DNA of 64,000 bases, taken from an uncultured Christensenellaceae bacterium (GTDB lineage Bacteria; Bacillota; Clostridia; Christensenellales; UBA3700). Positions 30,182 through 39,700 of the stretch are shown here, one piece after another. Numbering within the stretch: the first letter of the stretch is position 1; every line of letters begins with the position of its first letter. The notes under the pieces are model-generated. The model did no database searches and was not told the origin of the DNA. It saw nothing but the letters and a program-made list of their open reading frames with translations. Location: the NCBI GenBank assembly GCA_944381325.1, contig CALWKS010000002.1:188949-252948 (forward strand), written 5' to 3'. The position numbers and the translations under genes were made by a program.

Positions 30182-31224
30182 TAGTCTCCTCTTTTATCGT
30201 CTTTATTTTGTGATTTATCCACTATATCAGAGTTTGCATCTTTTATGATACCTTCATTATTATCATTGCCTACTGTTACTGTTTTAGCCTTTCCTTTAAT
30301 TTTTTGCTTGATTATAGGAATTGACAGTGCAGCAACTATCAATACGGCTGTAAGTAAATTTGTATATGCTGCCTGCAAACCTGCTAACATAATAAAAGCA
30401 ATTATGATACGATAAATTATACTACCTATCGCAACGCTTGCCAAAGTTGCCCAAAATTGAAATTTAGATGAAATTATGCTTTCTCCGATTATTATAGCTG
30501 CTAATCCAATAACTATTGAACCAGTTCCCATAGTAACTGACGCATTCCCTGACCAATGTGCAATCAATGCACCTGAAAGTGCAACAAATGCATTAGAGAC
30601 CATTAATCCCAGTATCTTATATCGCTCTGTATTTATTCCCTGTGCCTTTGCCATTCTTTCATTGTTACCTGTAGCACGCATTGCACTTCCAACTTCTGTC
30701 CCAAAAAACCAATACAATACAGCTATTATTGCCGCAGCAAACAATAACCCAAAAATTAATCCAACATAGTTTTTAGGTATAGACAACAACTTTGTGAATT
30801 CTGCAAACAGAGAATTCACTCCGCTAAAAGCAAGACTGTTTGAAGGCTCCCCAACTCCAGCTCCCATAATAAGCATATTAATTGTATATAAGCCCGTCAT
30901 AGTAAGAATACCTGATAATATTGGAGCTATTTTCAGTTTTGTGTTAAGCAAACCTGTTATCATACCCGCAAAAGCTCCAACTATCATAGCAACCAACAAT
31001 GATACGATCGACATAAAAATACTTTGTGCCGCACCTTGCGAAACAAATTCTTTGGACATAGTCATAATCATTGCTGCAATAGCGCCTCCACTCGTAAGAC
31101 TTCCCTCAACAGTCAAATCAGCGAAGTCCAAAATACGATAAGAAATATAAACTCCTATTGCCATTACTGCCCATAGCAAGCCTTGATTACTGCTCGTCAA
31201 TAAAGTTGAAAATATTGCATCCAT
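30181..31224 (-). CDS. ABC importer permease (COG4120-type)
   Basis: YRILDFADLTVEGS, MRATGNN..MAKAQGIN, MGTGSIVIGLA.IIIGE. Confidence 0.92.
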   Translation of the reverse strand: MDAIFSTLLTSSNQGLLWAVMAIGVYISYRILDFADLTVEGSLTSGGAIAAMIMTMSKEFVSQGAAQSIFMSIVSLLVAMIVGAFAGMITGLLNTKLKIAPILSGILTMTGLYTINMLIMGAGVGEPSNSLAFSGVNSLFAEFTKLLSIPKNYVGLIFGLLFAAAIIAVLYWFFGTEVGSAMRATGNNERMAKAQGINTERYKILGLMVSNAFVALSGALIAHWSGNASVTMGTGSIVIGLAAIIIGESIISSKFQFWATLASVAIGSIIYRIIIAFIMLAGLQAAYTNLLTAVLIVAALSIPIIKQKIKGKAKTVTVGNDNNEGIIKDANSDIVDKSQNKDDKRGD

Positions 31225-31239
31225 AGTTTTTTTACTTCT

Positions 31240-32211
31240 TTATTTTCCTATATTTTTTACTTCATCAGGTATCGTAAAATTAATTTCTTTAGCAATAGCT
31301 TCATTCAATGAAAAATCTGCTATTGTGATTACAGGATCTGCAACTGGAATTTCTGACGGAGTTTTACCATTAAATAAAATATCAAAAGCAATTTCTGCCG
31401 CCTTTTCGCCAAGCGACGTATAATTAACACCATATGTTGCAACTCCGCATTTTTCGTTCATGCCAGTTTCTCCACATACTATAGGAATATTTGCACCTGT
31501 TGATTTATTATATTCATGAACTGAAGCCGCAGCTTCGGCAAGTCTGTTATCAGTGGGGATATAAACACAATCAACACCCTTATTCTTGAAATTATTAAAA
31601 CTGTTTTCCACCATATCAACAGTATTAATCCCATAAACAACGATATCGTCTTCGGAAAAACCTTTTTCTTTCATTGCTTTAACCGCAAGATCTTTTTGCA
31701 ACTGTGAATTAGGTTCATCTGTTGAATACAAAACTCCCAACTTATCCGCTCCAGGACAAAGTTGTGTCATAAGTTCCACCTGCTTTTCAACATCGTTCAA
31801 ATCTGTTGCTCCCGTTATATTACCAGCAGTGAGTCCAGCTATTTCAGCAGAAGTAACTGCAGTAAATACAATTGGAATATCTGAGGTTGCAGAAGCAACC
31901 TGCTGTGCTGCAGGAGTCGCTATCGCAAAAATCAAATCAACATTTCTATTAACTAAAGTGTCAGCCGCAGTAACTGCATTATCTTGTTTCCCCTGCGCAT
32001 TGTTATAAACAAAACTAATCGTTTTTCCTTTTTCAGTTATAAGTTGATTTAATTTATTTTGAAAAGCTTCATTAGCCGCATCAAGAGCACCATGTGGAGC
32101 GAACTGAACTATTCCTACAGTATAATCAGTTTTAGGACCACATGCAACGAACGCAAAACAAAGTGTTACAACCGTAACAAGAATCATTGTAAAAAGTAAA
32201 ATCTTCTTCAT
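31240..32211 (-). CDS. ABC importer substrate-binding lipoprotein (COG2984, Trp/Tyr-type)
   Basis: Lipobox FVAC; HGALD, IATPAAQ, IPIVFTAVT, NITGATD, PTDN. Confidence 0.9.
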   Translation of the reverse strand: MKKILLFTMILVTVVTLCFAFVACGPKTDYTVGIVQFAPHGALDAANEAFQNKLNQLITEKGKTISFVYNNAQGKQDNAVTAADTLVNRNVDLIFAIATPAAQQVASATSDIPIVFTAVTSAEIAGLTAGNITGATDLNDVEKQVELMTQLCPGADKLGVLYSTDEPNSQLQKDLAVKAMKEKGFSEDDIVVYGINTVDMVENSFNNFKNKGVDCVYIPTDNRLAEAAASVHEYNKSTGANIPIVCGETGMNEKCGVATYGVNYTSLGEKAAEIAFDILFNGKTPSEIPVADPVITIADFSLNEAIAKEINFTIPDEVKNIGK

Positions 32212-32368
32212 AATTTTCTCCTTCCGTATTTATACGGATTTTTGAATATTGAAAATATTATATCATATACGCATTGCAAAATAAAAGAGTTTTTTTATTT
32301 TTTTAACGTATAATATAATTTTTTACAAAAACAGCGCAGAATCCTTTTGAAATAAGCGTTTTTGAATG

Positions 32369-32409
32369 ATTCAACCCGTCCGCGACGATCGCAGACGGGT
32401 TGAATTTTT
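32369..32409. terminator. Strong hairpin downstream of mrp
   Basis: ATTCAACCCGTC...GACGGGTTGAAT inverted repeat. Confidence 0.7.
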
Positions 32410-32436
32410 GTGCATAAAGTTTAATTTGATGAATAA

Positions 32437-33267
32437 TTATTCGTGATTACGCATGGGCGCGTTCTTTACGGCTTCCACAACGGGTGCGATTTCAACGCAC
32501 TCTGCGTCCTCTATTCTGCCCTCGTCGCACAACTTTGCGAATGCGGGATTTATCGGAAGTCTTGCAAGAAGTTTTACGCCGTAACCCTCGCAGACCTCTT
32601 CCGCCTTGGATTCACCGTATATATAATGCCTTTTTCCGCAGCCGTCGCACTCGAAATAACTCATATTCTCCACTACGCCGAGAACGGGTATGTTCATCAT
32701 CTTTGCCATCTTGACCGCCTTTGCGACGATCATAGAGACAAGCTCCTGCGGAGAAGTAACGATTATTATTCCGTCTACGTTCAGACTCTGGAAGACGGTA
32801 AGAGGTACGTCTCCCGTGCCGGGAGGCATATCCACGACCATATAATCGACGTCGCCCCAGTCAACGTCTGTCCAGAACTGCTGAACCAAACCTGCGATGA
32901 GCGGTCCGCGCCATATGACGGGGTCGTCCTCGTGCTCAAGCATCATATTGACGGATATAAGCTTTGTGCCCTTTTTGGTCATAGCGGGCACGATCATAGA
33001 GCCGTTGCCGTAAGCCTTTGTCTTTATGCCGAAAACCTTGCCCATAGAAGGTCCGGTAACGTCTGCATCAAGCACTGCCACCTTTGCGCCGTCTTTGCCC
33101 AGCGCGCTTGCAGTCAACGCGCTTACGAGAGATTTGCCCACGCCGCCTTTTCCGCTGACAACGGCAATTACCTTCTTTACGTGTTCAGCGCCTTTTTTCT
33201 TTTCTTTCTCCTTGCGTTCTCCGCAACTTGCTGAAGAGCAGGAAGAACAATCGTGATTACACTCCAT
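32437..33267 (-). CDS. mrp: Mrp/NBP35 (ApbC) Fe-S cluster carrier ATPase
   Basis: N-terminal C-x3-C-x2-C-x4-C, SGKGGVGKS, PVIWRG, DMPPGTGD, ENMS..CxxC. ATG 33267 after GGAGG. Confidence 0.93.
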   Translation of the reverse strand: MECNHDCSSCSSASCGERKEKEKKKGAEHVKKVIAVVSGKGGVGKSLVSALTASALGKDGAKVAVLDADVTGPSMGKVFGIKTKAYGNGSMIVPAMTKKGTKLISVNMMLEHEDDPVIWRGPLIAGLVQQFWTDVDWGDVDYMVVDMPPGTGDVPLTVFQSLNVDGIIIVTSPQELVSMIVAKAVKMAKMMNIPVLGVVENMSYFECDGCGKRHYIYGESKAEEVCEGYGVKLLARLPINPAFAKLCDEGRIEDAECVEIAPVVEAVKNAPMRNHE

Positions 33268-33355
33268 ATTGCCTCCTGAAAAAAGAGAGCTTCCAGCCCT
33301 CTTAAGCATAATCTGTATTATCTTTACACGGATTTTTCTTGCCCGTGTGGATTAA

Positions 33356-34207
33356 CTATATTATTACAAAATCGCCGGGTGTAATGAACAGCCAGCTTAT
33401 CGCAGCAAGAATGACTGCTATTACCACCTGATGCAACACGTATACCCATATCGCGATCCTGCCCCAGAAATCGAAAGGCGCGTGCCAGTTGTACTCGCCG
33501 AGCCAAGGCAGAAGAGAGCGCTTTTTGGGATACAGCAGCGGCGCAACGCCCGCGCCGATGAGCATATACCCTACCGAGGGGAATATAGGATAATAGTCTG
33601 CAGAATAAAAATTTCTGTGATCGCCGAGCATCCAGTCTCCGATAAAGAACCAATTGTTGTTGTCGCTGAAAGCATGATCGTCGATCGCATAACGTGCGCT
33701 GCAGAACTGATCTATTATTATTATCATAATTCCCACGGCAAGACATATAACGGCAGTGCGCCATTTATCCTTGCGCGCGATAAAATTGATCGCCGTCCAC
33801 AACAGTATCGCAACGGCAAACATATGCAGTATGCCGAATTTTATCGGCATATCGAGAAACGTCGTCACAGCAGTAATTATAAGAGCGAAGATGGCAACCT
33901 GTATCCCTCTCTTCAGATTGCTTCTTGAAAAAGAACAAGATATACCGCAAAGAAGCGCGAACACCCACACAACGATATCCTGAGTAACCAGTCTCAGAGG
34001 GCTGTCCGCATACACCAACGCTCGCTCGTAAAGCCCGATAAAGAATTCACTGCCCTGCACTGCCGCCCATTCTTTGCCGAAAATGTCGCCGATATCGAAC
34101 ATGAAATGGTCGAAAATCATCAGAAGGACGCAGACGCCCCTCAGAAAATCCAGCTCCCATATTCTGTTTTTAACAGGCTTTAATGCCGTATCTTTATTTG
34201 ACTGCAT
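33356..34207 (-). CDS. DUF1624 / heparan-alpha-glucosaminide N-acetyltransferase-like membrane protein
   Basis: RIWELDFLRG..LLMIFDH, IKFGILH, SADYYPIFP, GR.AIWVYVLHQ. Confidence 0.85.
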   Translation of the reverse strand: MQSNKDTALKPVKNRIWELDFLRGVCVLLMIFDHFMFDIGDIFGKEWAAVQGSEFFIGLYERALVYADSPLRLVTQDIVVWVFALLCGISCSFSRSNLKRGIQVAIFALIITAVTTFLDMPIKFGILHMFAVAILLWTAINFIARKDKWRTAVICLAVGIMIIIIDQFCSARYAIDDHAFSDNNNWFFIGDWMLGDHRNFYSADYYPIFPSVGYMLIGAGVAPLLYPKKRSLLPWLGEYNWHAPFDFWGRIAIWVYVLHQVVIAVILAAISWLFITPGDFVII

Positions 34208-34368
34208 AAAAAAATTATAACATCGACTGCGATTATAGTCAATCGTCTAGCATTCAAGGTGAACGCATAAACCTTGTCAGATATACCTTTTTCTTCGTCT
34301 CTGCATTATTAAAAAATGGATATAAATATTTAACGGATATCCGCGCGGATATATAGATTAAAACGTTT

Positions 34369-34707
34369 TCACTCTTCAAGGAAAAGCCTTACGATCTCGC
34401 CCACAGCGTTTTTGCGCTCAGGAGAAAGCTGTGCGTATGCCTGCATGAAAGTCTGCTCTTTTTCTGACAAATCCTTATAGTAAGGCACTAAGCGCAGCTT
34501 TTCGTCCACAAGTCCGAGTATAAAGTCTGCAGACGTATCGAAGCAACGCGCGATCGCAACCACAGCCTGAGCCGTAGGCATACGTGTACCCGCCTCCCAC
34601 TGCGCTACGGTAGACTGAGACACTTTGAGCATTTTCGCAAGCCCTGTCTGAGTTATTCCGTCCTCTTCCCTGAGTAGTTTTATTATCTCTTTGAATTCCA
34701 TATCCAC
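34369..34707 (-). CDS. XRE/Cro-C1 family HTH regulator
   Basis: IKLLREE.GITQ..LA..L.VSQSTVAQWEAG.R.P...IA..F..S.DFILG. Confidence 0.92.
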   Translation of the reverse strand: MDMEFKEIIKLLREEDGITQTGLAKMLKVSQSTVAQWEAGTRMPTAQAVVAIARCFDTSADFILGLVDEKLRLVPYYKDLSEKEQTFMQAYAQLSPERKNAVGEIVRLFLEE

Positions 34708-34882
34708 ATTTTAACACAATGATTAAAATATTACAAATCAAATTAATATTTTATATAAATTATTTGTATTGTAATAATTTTGCGAATTATCGGTCAAAAT
34801 CGGATATTTTGCGGCGATTTTTTCTTTCAAGGCGAAAACAATTGCAATAAAATGAATTTTGTCAGAAAACGGAGGTAACAAT

Positions 34883-35674
34883 ATGCAGAAAATCAGACTT
34901 TTGATTGTTGACGACGAAAAGGAATGCTCTCAGGCTCTTGCAGAAAGTTTTGAAGGAGATCCCGACGTCGAAGTTATAGCGACTGCCAAAGACGGACTGG
35001 ACGCGATAGCAAAAATAGAAACCCTGTCGCCGGATGCGGTAGCCCTTGACATAGTAATGCCCAACCTGGACGGTTACGGAGTTCTTGCCAACGTGGATTT
35101 CTCAAAATTGCGCAAGCGCCCAGTGTTCATAATCACATCGGGTCTTACGGGCGACGCGTTCATCCGCAAGGCAATAGGCGCAGGCGCTGATTATTATATG
35201 CTTAAGCCCGTATCCCCTCAGGCGCTCAAAGAACGCCTTATCGAATGCACGCGAGTCAAGTATTCTCCCGTAGCCGTCAAGGATGACGAATCGCAGATGA
35301 GGCAGGCTATACGCCGCTCGCGCCATACTCTTGACGAAAAGCTCGCCAATATTTTCATATCGGTAGGCATACCTGCGCATATCAAAGGTTATCAGTTTTT
35401 GCGCGAAGCGATAAAGATGACTATCGATCGCCCCGAAGTAATCAACAGCATAACCAAAAAGCTTTACCCGGGAATTGCCGAAAACTTCAACACTTCCCCT
35501 TCAAAAGTCGAACGCGCTATCAGGCACGCGATCGAAGTGGCTTGGAACAGAGGCAAGATCGAAAACATAAACCAGATTTTCGGCATAAAGATATATTCTG
35601 CCAACGACAAGCCGACCAACGGCGAATTCATAGCTCTTCTTGCAGACAAAATGATAATGGAAGGCGCTGTCTGA
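34883..35674 (+). CDS. spo0A: Sporulation master regulator Spo0A
   Basis: Receiver domain (LDIVMPNLDG) plus GIPAHIKGY.FLREAI, TKKLYP.IA, SKVERAIRHAIEVAW.RG and KPTNGEFIA; ATG 34883 after GGAGG. Confidence 0.97.
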   Translation: MQKIRLLIVDDEKECSQALAESFEGDPDVEVIATAKDGLDAIAKIETLSPDAVALDIVMPNLDGYGVLANVDFSKLRKRPVFIITSGLTGDAFIRKAIGAGADYYMLKPVSPQALKERLIECTRVKYSPVAVKDDESQMRQAIRRSRHTLDEKLANIFISVGIPAHIKGYQFLREAIKMTIDRPEVINSITKKLYPGIAENFNTSPSKVERAIRHAIEVAWNRGKIENINQIFGIKIYSANDKPTNGEFIALLADKMIMEGAV

Positions 35675-35757
35675 CAGACCTTCTCAGCTTAACGCTCCAC
35701 TTCTGAGCGCAACATAAACAACCCCTCGTATCGGACTGACCGATACTCCCCCTTTTA

Positions 35758-35790
35758 CCGCGCCGCCACCCCTTGCGGCGCGGGCTTTTA
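35758..35790 (+). terminator. Intrinsic terminator after spo0A
   Basis: CCGCGCCGC/GCGGCGCGG stem plus T run. Confidence 0.8.
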
Positions 35791-35887
35791 TATCTCGTAA
35801 AGTCTAATCTCTGAACCCATTCGCATTCTTTTAATAAGGTAGTATATAAATAAAATGTAAAAATACAAAAATTTTACGGTAAAAGTG

Positions 35888-35916
35888 TTTACAAACTCAA
35901 TAATAGTGAATATAAT
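35888..35916 (+). promoter_or_regulatory. Sigma-A promoter for the acidic Zn-finger gene
   Basis: TTTACA-17-TATAAT. Confidence 0.75.
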
Positions 35917-35979
35917 ACTACACGCAAAGGTAAGGGAGAATTTTACCTTTATTTACGGAAAAATTGTGAGGTAAAGACT

Positions 35980-36498
35980 ATGGCTAAATACAAAAAATGT
36001 CCCAGATGCGAACTCAACTGGATTCCCGTCGAAGAGGACTACTGCGACGTATGCAAGGCTGAACTCAAAATCGGCGGTGCAACTTTGCTGGACGACGAGG
36101 ACGAAGACGAACTCCTCTGCCCCGTCTGCCACACCAACTATCTCGAACCCGGTGAAAAAATGTGTTCTGAATGCGCACGCAAGGCAGGCAAAAACGGCGC
36201 TGACGAAGAATACGAAAAGGACGACCAGGAAGAAGACGAAAACAAGGTTTCTTTTGACGAACTGGCTGAAGAAGAAGCGTGGAACGACTTTGACGAGCCC
36301 TTCGACGACAACGAAGACTTCGACAGCGACGACTACGGCGACGCATTCGACGAAGAGGACGAGGAATCTGAAGAGGAAGAAGACGAAGAATACAAAGACG
36401 ATCTTGACGACGATTTCAATTATGATATCAACGACGTCGAAGACGAGGATGACGACGAGGAAGAAGGCGGCGACGATGACGAGGACGACGACCTGTAA
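35980..36498 (+). CDS. Tandem C4 zinc-finger protein with a very acidic C-terminal tail
   Basis: CPRC-x11-CDVC and CPVC-x11-CSEC, then about 100 aa dominated by D/E; GAGGT RBS; own promoter and terminator. Confidence 0.85.
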   Translation: MAKYKKCPRCELNWIPVEEDYCDVCKAELKIGGATLLDDEDEDELLCPVCHTNYLEPGEKMCSECARKAGKNGADEEYEKDDQEEDENKVSFDELAEEEAWNDFDEPFDDNEDFDSDDYGDAFDEEDEESEEEEDEEYKDDLDDDFNYDINDVEDEDDDEEEGGDDDEDDDL

Positions 36499-36525
36499 TT
36501 CTCTGCACTGAAAACAAAGATCGAC

Positions 36526-36556
36526 AAAGGGCTGCAAAACGCAGCCCTTTTTCTTT
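36526..36556 (+). terminator. Intrinsic terminator
   Basis: AAAGGGCTGC/GCAGCCCTTT plus T run. Confidence 0.8.
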
Positions 36557-36636
36557 ACCCTGTCAAGATTTCATTGAACTCAATAAAAACCATATCAAAA
36601 TTTTTTATATAATATAGCAGATCATATTTTGTCTAC

Positions 36637-36666
36637 AAAAAAGAGCCCTTTATCAAGGCTCTTTTA
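36637..36666 (-). terminator. Intrinsic terminator after the giant gene
   Basis: AAAAGAGCC/GGCTCTTTT stem. Confidence 0.7.
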
Positions 36667-36721
36667 TTATCTGAAGCAAAAACCTCTGATATGTATGCGG
36701 TTTTCAATATCGAATGCCGAC

Positions 36722-39700
36722 TTATTTTAAAGTCAGAGAACCGTAAAATCCGTTCTGAGTTGCCGCGGTAACCGCGTCTGCCCCTACCCAGCCGAACAGC
36801 TTATCGACTGCGTTCAGCTTAAAGAAGTTGTCTGTGATAAACAATCCTTTGCCGTCCACCTTAACGTATCTTTCGTCAAATACGTACGCTTTGATTACGG
36901 GGACAAGGCTTTCTTCATTCCACTCTGCCGCAGTGCCGTCGGTGTTTTCTATAACAGTGTTTTCCTCTGCTCCGTCCGCGCCTATGACTGCGCTCTCGGT
37001 AATGCTTACGCCGTCAGACGTACTGCTCACGCCCTCGCTTTCAGCGTTTTCAGATATACCTTCTGCAATGCCGCCTTCATCTACGTATGCCCTGTTGACG
37101 CTTGCACCGCCAGTGATCGCGCCGTAATTGACTGCCGCGATACCGCCTGTCTTTGCCGCCGCGCTGAGAATGCCCTCAAACGCGCAGTTTTCAATGCTTC
37201 CGTAATTGTCGACCGCGATGCCGCCTGCAACTGAATTTTCTCCGCTTGCGATTATCACTGCGTCTGCTACGGTGAGATTCCTTACTGTCGCGCCCTCATC
37301 GATTCTTTCAAACAATGCCGCGCTTCCGCTTCTTTCTATGAGCATATTGACAAGCGCCTTGCCGTCGCCGTCAAACGTACCTTTGTATCCCTGAACATTG
37401 CCTTCAGCGTCGCGCCAAGCAAGCATATCTGTAACATTTCCGCCAAAGTCGATATCCTGAGTGAGCAACATGTCTATCGCGTTGTAATCGCCAATGCCGC
37501 CCTCGTTGTCGATCCACTTATAATAATCGTCTGCGCTTGTCAGAGTGTAGAACGCCGCGCCGTCCTTAAGCGCCGTGCCGAAATAGCGGAATGTAACCGT
37601 GTTATCCTGAGCGGTGAGCACGAAGTTGCCGCCGTCAAGCAATGTCGGAAGTTCAGCCGTGCAGTAGCGCGAGTATTCGGCTGTAGTGTAATACTTTCCG
37701 TCAGCGCGTTTTTCGAGCACTCCGTCAGCTACGAGCTTATCGTAGAAGTTTTCATCAAAGCTTACGGTAAGTCCTGCCGCTACTTCTGCGACAAGTCTGT
37801 CGTAATTCTCAGCCGAGATGCCCATTGCTTCAGCTTCTGCCTGAGTTACGCTTACCGTTCTGCCCGCTTCAGCTACGGGATCGAGCATTGCGGAATTGTA
37901 AGACTGGTCTTTGCCTACGACGTAATCGGCATAAACGCCCAGATCGACAGGTCTGATCGCACCCGATACGGCAATTGCGTTTTCTTTGAGCGCGAACGTA
38001 GCTTCGTCAGCGCCTATCGTCATATCCGAAGGCGCGCTCCAGCCAGCCGAATAAAGCGTATAATTGTCTCCGTTCTCTCCGCCGAGCACGGGTCTGTAAA
38101 CGATCGCACCGCTGACGGTAGCCGTGTTCTCCTGATCCGCTGTTACGTTTGCACTGAGATTGTATACCTTTATGAAGGTAAATTCTTCAAGCTGCTCTGC
38201 AGTCAGAACTTCTCTTGCGTAATCTTCGTCAACAAGCCTGCTCATCGCTATCATAAGATCGCGTACGTCAAACTGTCCGACTGTCGCCCCAGACGTAAAT
38301 TCAACCACATTCTCGTCATTGCCGACTTTTATAGGCTGAGTTTCGTAAACTTCTTTGCCGTCCTCGCCTGTCTTGCTGACTATGCCGTAAAGCACTCCGT
38401 CCTTTGAAAGAACGCTTCTTGTCAGCGCGCCAAAACTTGCAAATCCGAATTTCTCAGCCGCCGCTACCTGCGAAGTGGTTGCTCCTGCGCCGTCGTAATA
38501 ATTGCCGTCAACGTATCCTGCCTCTTTTCCGTCAGACTCAACTCTCAGCATGCCCGCGCTTTGAGTATCGTAATACTTTGTAGCGGTTACGCCGTTGGCA
38601 TCGACCTGCTTCGGGTAAATGACGAGAGCAATACCGTTTGCCACTTTCGCGCCATCTCCCGAGAAGGTGTATTCCGTTCTCGAACCGCTGTCGTAAGTAA
38701 CGTCGCCTATCGTCTCGCCGCTGCCGCCGCCGATAATGCCTTCAATACTGGCCTTGCTGTAATAACCTGCTTCAGTGCCGCCTACCGAAAGTTCTCTGGT
38801 CTCGGAAACTCCGCCCGTGGTTACCGTTATCTTGACCGTATAAGTCTGGGCAACGCCCGTATATACGACCTCTTTAATGCTGGTCTCTACGTCTCCTTCA
38901 ACGTCAACAGTGCCGCCGCGTACGCCGATTGCGACCGTGAACGCGTTGACTCCCGAAGTTATCACCGCCGTACCTTCGAACTGAGCAGCTATATCTCCTG
39001 CCGCAAACATAGCGACTATGCGGTTGAGTGCCGAGCCTATATTGTCTGTGCCTGCCGCAGTGCGGTAATTTATGCCGTAACCGTCCCAGATAAATCTGTT
39101 ATAAGGAGCGATCGCTTCAACAGCGATATAACCTGCGCCGTCAGAGTAATCCACATAATAAGACTTGTTATACTCGCCTGCCTCGGTAAATACGTTGTGC
39201 TGAATTCCGCCCGTAGTGTAATCGTCGGCGGTTGCGAAGTAATAGCCGATATAGCCGTTTGTGTACGGCTCGAGCAGACTGAGCTGACCGCCTGCCGCGC
39301 AGTCCGCCTCAACGTAAGAATATACGTTCTGAGCAAGTGTCGCGCCGCTTGCGAAGAGAGCCGAAACGCCTGTTACTCTTCCTGCTGCAATAGCCACGAT
39401 AACGCCGTCTGCGCTTCCTTCAGACGCGCCTGCGACATAACCTGCGCCTGCCGCGCTCACGCTGTAATTGCCGCATCCTGCGCTCTCGTTGACTCTGACC
39501 GCAACCTTGGTCAGAGCGCCTGCGTTGCTTCCTGCAATCGCGCCCCACGTAGCTCCGCTTGCCTTAACGTTTGCGGAATAGACGAAGCTGGAATCTTCTA
39601 TCCTTCCGTCCGCGCCGTTTACGCCTGCGATACCGCCTGAATTGCTCGCGCCGCTTATCTCGATATCGCTTATAAATTCGACAGACACGTTGGAAACAAC

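Noticed and set aside
15650-35745. Shared 12-mer GACTGACCGATA in the putative ncRNA and the spo0A 3' region
   Set aside because: Too short to exceed chance, and it sits in different structural contexts.
35953-36537. Hydrophobic 194-aa minus-strand ORF and alternative frames
   Set aside because: Reverse complement of GAC/GAA-rich acidic codons; the promoter, RBS and terminator support the plus-strand gene.
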